The translations under genes and the position numbers were made by a program. The notes beneath the pieces were generated by a model that was not told where the DNA came from, did no database searches, and was given only the letters and a program-made list of their open reading frames with translations. Of a DNA stretch of 64,000 bases, positions 13,354 through 25,880 are shown one piece after another. Source of the DNA: Anthoceros angustus (taxonomy: Eukaryota; Plantae; Anthocerotophyta); NCBI GenBank assembly GCA_010909165.1, contig MU008165.1, positions 186,001 to 250,000 on the forward strand, in the 5' to 3' direction. The first letter of the stretch is position 1; every line of letters starts with the position of its first letter.

Positions 13354-14429
13354 CAAGGAGTTTAACTTGCCAAGATGCTTTCTCCGAATGTTTTGATCAC
13401 CGTCTCCTAGCGGAATTATTGCGGTTTTCGTATTGTTCACTTGTGCGTATGTTCCTATGGGAATATTATCGGTATACGCGTACATGCCCCCCGCCTTTCC
13501 TGTATTTCGGTCGAAATCCCTTTCAGTTTTCTGCATTCAAAGATTCGCTGCCGGAATTCGAACCTGGATTGCTCGGGTAAGAGTCGTGTACGAAATCGTC
13601 TGGACTAAGACGAAGCCTCATCTCATCTACAGCACATTCCAAACTGTTTTGATTCAAAAACGTCGCGTTTTATTGCCACGCTAGTTCCTCATTACTTTCA
13701 TAGCACGGCTCCGGCAAGCCTCGATAGAAGAGTTCATACAGCAGAAGGAGGGGGAAGCTGCAGAGACGTTCACACGAATTATGGGAGTGGTTCTTCGTGC
13801 AGTCAGCCTGACCGGGCCGCTGAGGAGCCGTATGAATCTCTTGAGCACTGTGAATGCGTCGGACAGTCAGAGGCAGGACGGATTGAGACGCTTCACCGCT
13901 CAACACGCGTGAGACATTACTTCACGCTGCTCCGGGAGGACAGTCGAGCACATCGTCACGCGCCACATTCCAAGCTCCTTTCCCGCTCGACCTACTAGTG
14001 GCACTATATAACCTCGTCCATATCCGCAGTTCTTCAATCTCCTCATTTCTCTTTTTCTTCTGCTTCCACTCTTCTGCCTCCGCTACTCTCCCTGCTCCGT
14101 GCTTGTTTTGTTCCCTCTGCAGCTCCTTCCGACGAGCTCTCGGGGATCCGGCTCTTTCTTCACGAGCGTTGACATATCCGGCCGCCGGCTCGTCGAGCTC
14201 CTGCGGATCCGACGTCCTCCCAGCCGCCATGGCCACATTTTCGGCACCTGCACCCGTAAGGGCAACACTCGTTTTGCCACTCCGGGTGCAAGCGTCGGGA
14301 ATGCCGCATGGATAGCTGTGCCGCCCTCAGCACCTCCAGCCACTTCCGATTGCATGTTCAGCATCCGGCTGAGCCTTTTGAATCCAATTTCCTCTTCCGC
14401 AGGAAGAAAGAAGCTGTTTTTGTTGTTGT

Positions 14430-15055
14430 GGTTGTTTCTCCCTTCTGCTGCCTCTGTTAACGTCGTGTTTCTCCCTTCTACTGCCTCTGTTAACGTCGTG
14501 TTTCTCCCTTCTGCTGCCTCTGTGAACGTCGTGTTTCTCCCTTCTGCCGCGTCTGCTAACGTCGTGATTCCCTTCTGCTGCCTCTGCCAACTTCGTGTTT
14601 CTCCCTTCTGCTACCTCGGTGAACGTCGTGTTTCTTCCTTCTGCTGCCTCTGCTAAAATCGTGTTTCTCCCTTCTGCTGCCTCTGCTAACGTCGTGTTTC
14701 TCCCTTCTGCTGCCTCTGCTAACGTCGTTGTGGTGTCCCTGTTTCCTGCTGCCTCTGCTAACGTCGTTGTGGTGTCCCTGTTTCCTGCTGCCTCCGCTAA
14801 CGTCGTTGTGGTGTCCCTGTTTCCTGCTGCCTCCGCTAACGTCGTTGTGGTGTCCCTGTTTCCTGCTGCCTCCGCTAACGTCGTTGTGGTGTCCCTGTTT
14901 CCTGCTGCCTCCGCTAACGTCGTTGTGGTGTCTCTGTTTCCTGCTGCCTCTGCCAACGTCGTTGTGGTGTCCCTGTTTCCTGCTGCCTCTTCTACGTCGT
15001 TGTGGTGTCCCTGTCTCCTGCTGCCTCTGCTAACGTCGTTGTGATGTCCCTGTTT
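14430..15055. repeat. Compound tandem array: ~9 x 33-bp units followed by ~8.5 x 39-bp related units
   Basis: Unit 1 AACGTCGTGTTTCTCCCTTCTGCTGCCTCTGCT (~14430-14720). Unit 2 AACGTCGTTGTGGTGTCCCTGTTTCCTGCTGCCTCCGCT (~14720-15055). Both are read directly from the sequence. Confidence 0.95.
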
Positions 15056-15748
15056 CTGTATGTGGTGTGTGCGTGTGTTAATGTGGTTATTGTTTTCTAT
15101 TAGTTGTTTTGCTTGTTCTTGTGGTCGTTGCTGTGTGCCTTCCTGGCAGGCAGTGATGTCACCCTAACCCTCGGATGATGACCCTCGGATCACAGACATA
15201 CCTCGCGGCTCCAACCTGGACCTGCAACTCGAGGTTTGCGCCCCTTCCCGTGTTTCCTCCCTTATGCAGAGTCCTCTATTCTCAGGAGCGTGTAGTCTAG
15301 CGTACTGCCAGCAATCCGCAACCTTAGTCGTTCCACTTCGATCGCAAACCCCTTCAAAGACAATACACGTTGCTTCGCCGTTTCCTGCCTTCTAGGGTTT
15401 TCAAGCCTAAATCTTGGGGTCCACCTCAAAAGGATTTGGGCCGGTGACCTGCCCGCCCGGTCTTTTTTTACCAGTCTCAATGTCCAACCTTCATGTAAAC
15501 ACAGCATAGAGTTGTCTACAGATCACTCCAGATCTCAGTGCGGGATTTCGATTTATATTTTAAAATATCTACAAATTTTTGTAGTCCATATATACTTTGA
15601 AATATCATGTGAACTGAAAGTCTCCGAGTCTCCGAGTTCAGTATATGTCACAGGGTAGATACAGTTACATACCTGTAAAGGTGCTGCTTTCACGCCTAGA
15701 CCTCTGAATGAGGAGATATGCTCCAGCACCAGCTCTCTTGGAGCTTCC

Positions 15749-17814
15749 ATGCGAAGCGCAATGCAGGCATTCCCAAGCTTGGCAGCTGAGTATGTGGTTG
15801 CCAGACTGCCTGACTGCAGACCTGGTGTCAGAAAATTCGGGAAACCCGTGGCTTCGCGGGCACCGAAGCAACCTCTGCATAGCTGCTTTGTAAAATGGGC
15901 AGAGGGGACGACAACTTCCCACAGCTGTGGTAAAGGACGAAGCCAATGGGTTCGAGCCAGCGCTGAATCTGCCAGCGTGAGCAGTGGGTTTCAGCAGCAG
16001 CCTGAAGACATTGTAATTGTAGGAGCGGGAATTTGTGGGCTTGCCACAGCGCTTGCTCTTCACAAGTAAGTTTGATCAACTGTGTTGCAACCGGCTCCAT
16101 GCTTCAGTATGTGGACTATCTCAACTTCCTTAGCGGCAGCCAGCTTCCCATTGTGACAGCCGGTTATGGAGCTTCCGAGGGAATGCTGGGATGGAGTTCT
16201 GATTGTTGCCTGTGGGCTTCGGTATGGATGCTGATGAGCCAGGTGATGTGCGGTGGCTGGTGCAGATTGGGCATAAGATGTGTGGTCCTGGAGCAAAGGC
16301 CGTCGTTGGGAAGAGAAGGCACCAGCATCACTCTGTGGGGAAACGGGTGGCGTGCTCTTGACGTACTGGGGGTTGGCGATGGCATTCGGGACCGGTTCAC
16401 GCTGCTCGAAGGGTTGGTGCAGGGAGGCATGAAGATCGACTGGATTGAATTGGGTTCCTTGATGGCCTCTTTCTGCTTTCTGGTAAACTGTGTCAATTGT
16501 TTGCGCAGTGTGCAATTCTTGAACGCTAGAGGCAGGGTCTTGAAGGAGTTGAAGTATGCGGATGCGAGCAACGGGTGAGCGGGCATTCCTGTCACTCTGA
16601 CTGTGTCATCTTCAGCACTTCAGCTGGATGCACAACCTGTACCTGTTCCTGCTGTGTGTGCTGATGGGATGTCTGAATGGCATCGTCTCGGGTGTGGGTG
16701 TGCAGACCGCATGAGGTGCGCAATGTGGAACGAAGGGAGCTTCTCAGTGCCCTTGCTGCAGGACTACCCGCTGGGACCATTCGTACCAGCTCCAAAGTGG
16801 TGTCAATCGAGCAGAAGTCAGAAGGCTGCACCCAAGTGGAGCTGGAAGATGGTTCTCGGCTGAGTACCAAGGTTTTCATCCCTTCATCAACCATGCTGCT
16901 GAAAGCGCCATGTTCCAAGGGGCCTGGGCTGACCCTTCTCGCTCTGCAGGTTCTACTGGGATGTGATGGTGCAAATTCAGTTGTTGGCAAATGGATGAAG
17001 CTGGGTGAAACCAAGTTTGTGGGTCAAGGTGCCATCCGTGGCCTGGCTGCGTATCCAGACGGCCACAAGGCGGATAACACGATGCGGGTGCTCCTTGCCC
17101 CAGGGGTTCGAGTAGGTTACATACCCAACAACGCAAAGCAAGTGTACTGGTTCATCTGCTTCGATCTTCCCGATGGAGGTAGGCCACATCCCTTCCCCAA
17201 CCTCGTCCATTCTCAACTACTGCATCCTCATTGCACAGTCTCACGAACCTTGAACTGTTCCAGAACTCAAGATCACAGACCCCAGTCTCATCAGACAGGA
17301 GGCTCTCACACGGCTCCAGGGCTTCCCAAGCTATGCCACCGAGGCCGTGCATCTCACAGCATCAGAGAACCTGGCTCGCAGTTCGCTGCGGGACCGATGG
17401 ACATTCCCGTACCGGTCGCAGGTGATCAACGGTGTCACGGTGGCCGGAGATGCTGCCCACCCGATGACACCCAACCTAGGGCAAGGAGGGTGCTGTGCTC
17501 TGGAGGACAGTGTCATCCTGGCCAGACAGATTCACCGGGCCTTTACCTCCACGGATTCTTCACCTGCTAGCATAGCAGACTCCTTGGAAAGCTTCTCGAG
17601 ACAGAGGTGGCGGAGGAAGTTTCCCCTCGTCCTCAGATCCTACGTGATGGGGCTTTTCTTGCAATCGGACTTTCCACCAATCTCCTTCGTTAGGGACAAT
17701 GTGGCCATCCCCTTGGTGTACCCAGATCTGGTCACCAGCCCTGCAGTCTTCGATTGTGGACAGCTTCCTGTGACTGCCCCAGGCAGCGCCATTGCTGCCG
17801 GTGGCTCTCTGTGA
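15749..17814 (+). CDS. FAD-dependent monooxygenase (plant MO1/CTF2-like aromatic hydroxylase), probable plastid transit peptide, multi-exon
   Basis: GxGxxG fold IVIVGAGICGLATALALHK; then LEQRPSLGREGTSITLWGNGWRALDVLGVGD, DG motif LLGCDGANSVV and GD motif VTVAGDAAHPMTPNLGQGGCCALED. There is an ~80-aa Ser/Arg-rich N-terminal extension. Confidence 0.93.
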
Positions 17815-18102
17815 AGATGAGACTTGTGGCAGCTGCTCCAATGAACTTGACACTTCAAATCCCCAATTGTTCCCGACCACCAATATTGGCAGGTTCCGAT
17901 CGCTTTGCCCATGTTAAACATGTCGGATGGCTTCACCCATGTTGGCAAGTTCCGATGAGTGGTCTGCAAACATTCCCGGGGTTAGCAGCCCCAGTTGTGG
18001 GTCAGCCTGTAAGGATATATAAGGGCTAGCCTAAGAGCTTGCAGAACACACTACCTTTTCTGTTTTTTGTGCTGTGAACTTGTGGAGAGTTAAGGGTCGA
18101 AA

Positions 18103-19040
18103 ACTAGTCCACTATTTCTTTCTTCGGCTCGGGCTCGGCGTACCTGCACATAAAGCTTCGGCAGTTGAGTTGGACGAGTAGCAGCAAGTTTAGCAGGAAA
18201 GTGCTACTCTTGCGATTCCTTGTTCTCCTTGATTGGCAATGGAATGACCAGTGGCCTTGCATATGGCAAGGAAGTGCACCAGGGAAAGCATTGAGAATAT
18301 GCTCCTACACACATGTATACAAAGTAGAGGGCATAATGGTGCCTTTGTTGATATGGTGGTGTTGTGGTCATATCATAGAACAATGCTGTATCGCAAGGCC
18401 ACCGTTGTGCCTTCTATTTTGTATACATGTGTGTATGATCAGGGAAAGCCACTTTGCGAAACAAGCCACTCCACCTTCATAGTGCTCTTTTCCTTCATGA
18501 GGAGCATGAATTCCTCTTCCATCACGGTAGGTAGGTATGCCATAGCTCCTTTCATTTTCGTATTTTTCAGTAAATCATTAAAGTATTTCAGCTGGACTGG
18601 TAGCTGGACTGATCGCCTGCTTTCTGTTGTAAAGGGAGCCGGGTAAAGGGAGCCGGGCAGATACACGAGTATCCAAGCTCTGCTTCCAAGGGCAGGACAG
18701 GAAACAAGTCCAGCAACGTCCTTCCAGTTCCAGGTGAAGAACAGCATGCATTGGGATCTACCAGGTGATTAGTGTAAGAGAGAAACTAATCTAGAATAAG
18801 AAGAGCGCCCTTGAGTTTCACACCATTTCCGTATCATCGCCCTCCGGCACGATGGTGAGGAGAAGCCTGGAGGGCTTGTCGATGCCCAGCAGCTCGAAGA
18901 TGGCAGAGATGGCGAAGCGGTCATCTCACATTCCTACTGAACGTTGCATGGCCACGATGGAAAGCATATTCTATGTACATATGTGTCCGGTAAAGACAAA
19001 TCACAACGCCAGAGAATCAGAATGCACTACGGTAGTAAGC
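18103..19040. repeat. Dispersed direct repeat, copy A (immediately upstream of the P450)
   Basis: Aligns by eye with 21164-22273 and 24213-24387, e.g. GCAGGAAAGTGCTACTCTTGCGATTCCTT...CCTTGCATATGGCAAGG and ACAAGTCCAGCAACGTCCTTCCAGTTCCAGGTGAAGAAC. Confidence 0.9.
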
Positions 19041-19116
19041 TGCTCCGGGAGGCTTGTTGGATGTAGGGGCGGGGCATCTTCGTCCTCGTCTTCCTCTTCC
19101 TCTTCCTCTGCCGGGA

Positions 19117-21162
19117 ATGGGAGCTCCCACAGTCACTTTGAGCAGGACTGTGTCCAGAATGGATTCTGCTTTGGAGAAGCCATGGTTGTGGGAATCGAAC
19201 GGATGGTTCGTGTTGCAGGTAGCAATCACGTTTGCTGTGCTGCTGGTGGGCGCCAAGCTGGTGGAATTTGTGGTGGGCGCGCTGAAGAGCCGGCGATGGC
19301 AGATGCAGGTGAAAGCCAAACTGGAGGCGCAGGGCTATCACGTGCTGCCCTGCACTCCTCTGGTGGGCAATGCCTTCGACATTGCCAGGATTACCAGGGC
19401 AGCTCTCTCCAAGGGACCCCTGGATTCCATCACGCACTGCATCGCAGACCGGCTCTCGCCTCCCCAGTGCCTGTGGTTGCGGAATTTCGGTAGGCTGTCA
19501 CACAAATCCCGAAATGCAATGTTGCTGCTTTGCGTGCAGTGCACTGCCAGGAATGTGGAGATGTTGCAGGGCCCCGGGTGGTGTACTGGCTGGGAAGCGT
19601 GCCTCATGTCCCGGTCCTAGACCCGGAGATGGTGCGGGAGATTTTCTTCGCCTCTCGTGAAGTGAATGGCAAGGCAGAGATTAGTCGGAAACTGTTGAAG
19701 GAAATACTGGGACGAGGAATTGTCACGGCCAATGGGCAAGACTGGCATGAGCAGCGGCTGGTTGTGGGACCGGCATTTCACGCTGACGCTCTCAAGGTAG
19801 GCAAGCACACGGGGACCTGCAATCTTGCTTGCAAGCTGGTGTCAGCAAGCTGTCTGGTATCTGCAGCTGTGCATGATTCAAGATGGAGTGCAGGAAATGG
19901 TGAAGGACATGGCCCAAACTGGGGAGCAGCTGGTGGAGAGGTTTGACGAGCTGGTGAGCAAGGCAGAAGCGAAGAATGAGCCTGCGGAAGTTGAGCTGAC
20001 GCAGCACCTGGCCTGGGCCACAGGGGACATCATCGCCCGCACTGCGTTCGGAGGCAGCTACGACATGGGGAAGCAAGCCTTCGCAAACCTGGCCGAGCTC
20101 ATGAACATTTCAGTCGCCAACTTCAAGTTTGAGCTCATCCCTGGCTACAAGTATGTCCACCTCCCAGCCCACACTTGCTCCATCACTGTGAGTGAAGATT
20201 ATTGCAAGCTTCCTTCTTGCTGCATCACTGTGAGTGAACAACATGATCGGGACCTCCTGCAGGTGGCTGCCGGTGCCTGCCAACCGGAGGTTATGGAAGC
20301 TGCGGAAAATGGTGAGCTCGTCCCTGCTGCACATCATCGAGCAGCGGAGGAAGAGCGCAGCCCACGGCCCTCCGAGTCCTCACCCCTACGGCACTGACCT
20401 ACTGGGCCTGATGCTGGCTGCCGCCGGGGATCAGGGGAAGTTCGACAACCAGCTGCTGGTAGACGAGTGCAAGACATTCTTCGCGGCCGGGCAGGAGACC
20501 ACCTCCATCTTGCTCACCTGGGCCATCCTCCTGCTGGCCCTCCACCCCGACTGGCAGCAGCTGGTCCGGGACGAGGCCACGGAGGTCTGCCAGGGCGCCG
20601 TTCCAACCAGCCCTGAAGCTCTCAACAGACTGAAGAACGTGAGTCACGCCTCCTGGCAACAACCCTGGACATGAATTCTTGCGAGCTTTATTCCATGCCT
20701 CACTCGCAGTGCCTGCTGGGCATGCAGCTCGGCATGGTGATCAACGAGGCGCTGCGGCTCTACACCCCGGCGCCCAACATCGTGCGAGGGCTGTTTGCGG
20801 ACAACACCCGGATCGGAGACGTAGTGTTCCCGGCAGGAGTGTCCTTGTGGATTCCGCTCCACCTCCTGCACAGAGACAAGGCCGTGTGGGGAGCGGATGC
20901 GGACGAGTTCAAGCCGGAAAGGTTCGCCAACGGGACTGCCAACGCCTGCAAACATCCTACAAGCTTCGCTCCCTTCTCTAACGGCCACAGAAAATGCCTG
21001 GGCGGATCGTTCGCGCTCATCGAGGCCAAGCTCATACTGGCCGCCCTGCTCCAACACTTCTCCTTCCAAGTGTCCCCCAACTACAAGCACGCCCCTGCCG
21101 CAGTCATGACTCTCAGAGCCCAGTTCGGCGTGCCTGTCCTTGTGCAAAGACACAAGGCCTGA
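19117..21162 (+). CDS. Cytochrome P450, CYP72 clan (CYP709/715/735/749-like), 5 exons
   Basis: N-terminal TM helix; GIVTANGQDWHEQRLVVGPAFH; I-helix ECKTFFAAGQETT; ExxR in NEALRLY; FKPERF; heme loop FSNGHRKCLG. Start could alternatively be MDSALE at ~19159. Confidence 0.93.
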
Positions 21163-21163
21163 A

Positions 21164-22273
21164 TCAAGCTTCAGCAGTTGAGAAGGACGAGTAGTAGCAA
21201 GTGTAGCAGGAAAGTGCTACTCTTGCGATTCCTTTTTCTCCTTGATTGGCAAAGGAATGACCAGTGGCCTTGCATATGGCAAGGAAGTGCACCAGGGAAA
21301 GCATTGAGAATATGCTCCTCCACACATGTATGCAAAGGAGAGGCCATAATGGTGCCTTTGTCAATATGGTGTTGTTGTGGTCATATGATAGAACAATGCT
21401 ATATTGCAAGAGCACCATTGTGCCTTCTATTTTGTATACATGGATGTATGATAGGGAAAGCCACTTTGCGAAACAAGCCACTCCACCTTCATAGTGCTCT
21501 TTTCCTTCATGAGGAGCATGAATTCCTCCTCCACCACGTTAGGTAGGTATGCCATAGCTCCTTTCATTTTCGTATTTTTCAGTAAATCATATTTCAGCTG
21601 GACTGGTAGCAGATATTGTTGTCGACACTTGTTGCACTTGGCTATGGATCGCTCGACAACTTGTTGCACTTGGCTATGGATCGCCTGCTTTCTGCATGTT
21701 GTAACAGGAAATGTGTGAGAAAGAAGAAGTTGGGCTTCAAAATATCAAACACACTTGTATGTGGCATGCACAATGAAGGTCTTTTAGGCTGATTTCCACA
21801 TGGAGCTATCCGTCAAAACATTCTGACACTGTTGCACTCCTGCACCACCGGCTTGATATGGCACATGTTTCCAGTTGGTAACCCACTTGGATTTCATACA
21901 TATAGTGGGAGCCGTGCAGATACACGGCTATCTAAGCTATGCTTCCAAGGGCAGGACAGAAAACAAGTCCAGCAACGTCCTTCCAGTTCCAGGTGAAGAA
22001 CGACATGCATTGGGATCTACCGTGGTTAGTGTAAGAGAGAAACTAATATAGAATAAGAATAGTGCCCTTGAGTTTCACACCTTTTCCATGTCATCGCCTC
22101 CAGCAGATGGTGAGGAAGCCCGAGGGCTGTCGATCAAGATGGCAGAGATGGCGGTGGGACATCTCACATTCGCCGAATGTTGCATGGCCACGATGGAAAA
22201 ATATATTCTATGTACATGTGTCCAGAAAGACAAATCACAATGCCAAAGAATCAAAATGGACTACTAGAGTAAG
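21164..22273. repeat. Dispersed direct repeat, copy B (starts 1-2 nt after the P450 stop codon)
   Basis: Same sequence as copy A but lacking the first ~50 bp and carrying ~250-300 bp extra around 21610-21900. Confidence 0.9.
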
Positions 22274-23449
22274 TTGATAATAATTAAAAGATTAAGCAAT
22301 TAATTCAAAGTACACCTAGTAAAGAAAGTATATCATAGATGAGGCTCATGTAAGAAGAAAAAAATTAGATATTGATTTCTTTTTAACTCGTTATTCCATT
22401 ACTTTGTAGCCATATAAAGAATCCATTCTTACATCACACATGTTCTTAGAGCTAATTCTAAAGTGTGATAACTACCTCTCAGGTCTTAGAGCTAGTTCTA
22501 GAACCCATGCTCTTAGAGCTAGTTCTAGAATGTGATACCCACCGCCCATCTATCTCTAAGGATTCGATACCTTGCTTCCCGCAATCCTCTTGAGAGCTCT
22601 CAATAAAGTGTCAAAGTTCTCCGACAACTTCCTCACCTCTATCAATTTTCGTGATCAAGTCATCTTCGTTGTTGATCAATATAGAGGTTATCCACCAACT
22701 GCATCCCTCAATTTCACATCATTAACAAACCTAGGATCACCAGTTCAACCATTGATGCACCATTGCCTTGCATCCGCGAGAGTCATAGCTTCAATCGAAC
22801 CGTAGTAGAACATCTTTCAACCTTCTATCAAGCTCCAATTTTACCGTTGTCTAAAATTGTCGCGTTTTCTGCATGGCTCGCATAATGGAACGCTCAAGGA
22901 GGAGCTTGGACTTCACCGCACTTGATCACTTTCATCACGCTTGTCTTCCGAGCCTCCGTCGTGTCTTCACATACTTCATGGCCAGCCGCACTAGTCGCTT
23001 CGCTCTCCTCCACGGGCAAGTTGGAGTACTAACGCATGTCCTCATACATTTGTCCTACTAGAATGGCCTTGAGGAGATTCTCGTGTTTTGTCGTCAATCT
23101 TGAGCGTGAGCCACTCCACCTCCCAATGGAATCGCAATGCATGTATCCATGTCGGATGTGTGCACCTTTGTATGGCCTTCCTTGAAACTTGTGGAAATGA
23201 AGTATGCATTGAAGAGTTTCGGAGCGTATAAAAGTTGGCCATTATTGTGACATAGTGTCGGATTCATTGGATGAGGATGCCATAGCCCTTATATGCCTCA
23301 CCCGTTATGAGAAAGTAGGAAAATTAGGAATCGTTGGGAAACCGCAAACAAATTTAAACTTTTGATTTTAATTAAAGACATACATTTGTGCATTCAACTT
23401 AAGTAAGGATAGAAAGTAGTATAGTAAATCAGTAGAAGAGCTTCAATTA

Positions 23450-23705
23450 TAACTTCTTTTGTACAACCTACTCACATATATAGAGAAGAGAATTAAACCG
23501 CTTTGTACGACCTACTCACATATATAGAGAAGAGAATGAAACATAAAAGATTTAAAAAATTTGTTCGCCGTGACTCACATATTTAGAGAAGAGAATTAAA
23601 CATTCACCATATTCCAAGGACAATTGTCCTGCTTTTCTCCTACGGTCAAGATTACAAATTCTTTTGTACTACTTACTCACATATAGAGAAGAGAATTAAA
23701 CATTT
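23450..23705. repeat. Four dispersed copies of a ~35-45 bp AT-rich unit
   Basis: (CTTTTGTACAACCT)ACTCACATATATAGAGAAGAGAATTAAAC variants at ~23456, ~23501, ~23570 and ~23661. Confidence 0.8.
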
Positions 23706-24212
23706 ATCGTATTCCGAGAAAATTTATCCTCCATCTTTGGTTTGACCATAAACCCATAAACCAACCCACATGGGTTTAACCACAAACCCAAAAACTAAAC
23801 ATATATATATACATGGGCCAAGTTGAAAATATATTATGATTTCAATGATTTTGTTTTTGCGCAAATTGATTTTGATCTTCCCAACTGGGTGGATGGGCAG
23901 CTCGTTTGCTTGAATATGCAGATGGGTCATGGTACCGCGTTTTGGAGGTGAGCTTACAGAAGTCTGTGTTCTGAAAGCGCACTCGTCACACATTTGGATC
24001 ATTCGTCTCCAACCCTCTTGTACTTTGCATGACTACTTCATGTACGAGGATGAATGTCACTGATGGGACTACAAGATCTTCTATCGAGCACGAAGGGACC
24101 TCTATTGACCACGAAGCAGCTGGGTTTTTTTTCATTTATTTCATAGAAGTTACGCTGTAACAATAATATATAGAAAGGGAGCAGATGAGAAAAGGACCGT
24201 CAATATGATGTT

Positions 24213-24387
24213 ACTAGTCCACTACTACTAGTTCTTTCTTCTGCTAGGGCTCGCCGTACCTCCACATCAAGCTTCAGCAATTGAGAAGGACGAGTAGTAG
24301 CAAGTGTAGCAGGAAAGTGCTACTCTTGCGATTCCTTTTTCTCCTTGATTGGCAAAGGAATCACCAATGGCCTTGCATATGGCAAGG
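24213..24387. repeat. Partial third copy (5' part) of the P450-flanking repeat
   Basis: ACTAGTCCACTA...GGGCTCGCCGTACCT...AAGCTTCAGCAATTGAGAAGGACGAGTAG...GCATATGGCAAGG matches copies A and B. Confidence 0.85.
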
Positions 24388-25554
24388 CTTTGCATTTTTC
24401 TTTTGGAACTCGTTGGGAGTTCAAAGATAACCAATTGGGCACTTTTGTGTACAGGCCAACAAAAATGAAGAGTCCTCTTGGGCATCACGTAGGAGTGAAG
24501 GACGACCAGGATGACATATTGAATGCTCAAGAATGGTTGGTGATGTCATTGGGCATAGAGTTGACATTCATTCGGATGGGCTGTATGTTCTTTCCCAAAC
24601 CTTCTTTCTGTGGCTGATAATGTAAATCCACAAGATACTAGAAACCTCACTTTAGTATGAAGATTGTCTCACTTGTATTACATGTCCTTCGATTCTAGAG
24701 GTGTGACATACTCTTTGTGATTGTAGAGATTTGCAGTTCCCTCATCACCCCAATGAAACTGTGCAGGCAGAGGCCCACTATGGCTGCAACGAAGTAAGTC
24801 ACCAAGAACTTTAGCTACATGGATAAATTATGGCTTGGTACTAGAAGGGTGCAAGATTTTGTTGATCAAGTTTGTGGAATATGTCATGTGTGGTGTATGT
24901 GCTTTCATTTGCAGAGGGTGAAGTACTTCCTTTATTCAGGCCATTTTTCCATTGATGGGCTCAAGATGTCAAAGTCTCTCAAGAACTTTATCACCATAAA
25001 GAGGTCTTTTGCTCAGGCACTGCTATGTATATTTTTCTTTGTTTTAACTTTTCCTGGTCCGATTCGTGTACGCTTTTCTTGTGCACTGGCTCAACCTCAG
25101 CCACGAAGGATGAATGATGTGCTGGAATTCAGAAAATGAAGCTATATGCGTCTAGAATGTGCTTCTTCAATCCCTTCTTCACAAGAAGAAGAATAAATTT
25201 ATTTAAGTCCACTAAGGACGGATTTCCGTCATGGGACTTGGTACTTAACAACTTGTACCATGATGTGCCTAAGCTACTTGCACCAAGGGTATCCACTCCC
25301 TTTACGCACCCCATCTAAGTACCGATCTAAGCGCAGGATGCTTAATAGCTAAGTTCCTATAAATGTGTGTCCATTTGGCCTAAGCCATTTGGACACACAT
25401 TCCTAGCAAGCCTAATAAGTTTCTTAGCATCCAAGCTTACTAATTGTGCCCCTGCTGATAGCTTCTTTGCTACATTGTTACTTTCAGTCTGTTCTCTCCA
25501 CTTTTGTGGCTTCACAGGTTGGTATTATATATAGGCCTTGAAGAAGAGAACAAT

Positions 25555-25625
25555 GGAAAGACTTTATATAAGAAAAGAGATGGAAAAACCCATCTACCCC
25601 ACAAGGAAAAGGGGAACAACCAACC
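25555..25625 (-). mobile_element. Short 3'-end fragment of the same non-LTR retrotransposon family found at 42.9, 44.5 and 52.4 kb
   Basis: AAAAGAGATGGAAAAACCCATCTACCCCACAAGGAAAAGGGGAACAACC resembles AAAAGAGATGGAAAAACCCATCCACCCCAAAACGAAGGGGAAAAACCC at 42885. Confidence 0.5.
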
Positions 25626-25880
25626 AAGGGTGAAGAAGTACACTCCAAGGTAACTAAGCTTTCTGTTCATAATGCAATCATGGGATAAGGTGTGTTAGCG
25701 AGACAAGCTTCCAACAGAATATAAAATCTATTGAAGCTATTGACTTGGCCTTGACCTCATTTTTGCACTTCCGAGCAGCCTATGAATTCCAAAGACGCTG
25801 CATTGGATGAAGCCAAGGTACCGAATCTGGCGGCATGGTGACATCGAGCTGGACGAGTACAAGAGGGCCCTGACAGAGTC

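Noticed and set aside
14430-15055. CRISPR-like appearance of 33-39 bp repeats
   Set aside because: The units are contiguous with no unique spacers, there are no cas genes, and the context is a eukaryotic nuclear genome.
22280-24210. AT-rich tract with TGTGATA starts and decayed minus-strand frames as an LTR element
   Set aside because: No paired LTRs, PBS/PPT or RT motifs could be shown; left as an unclassified TE-like relic.
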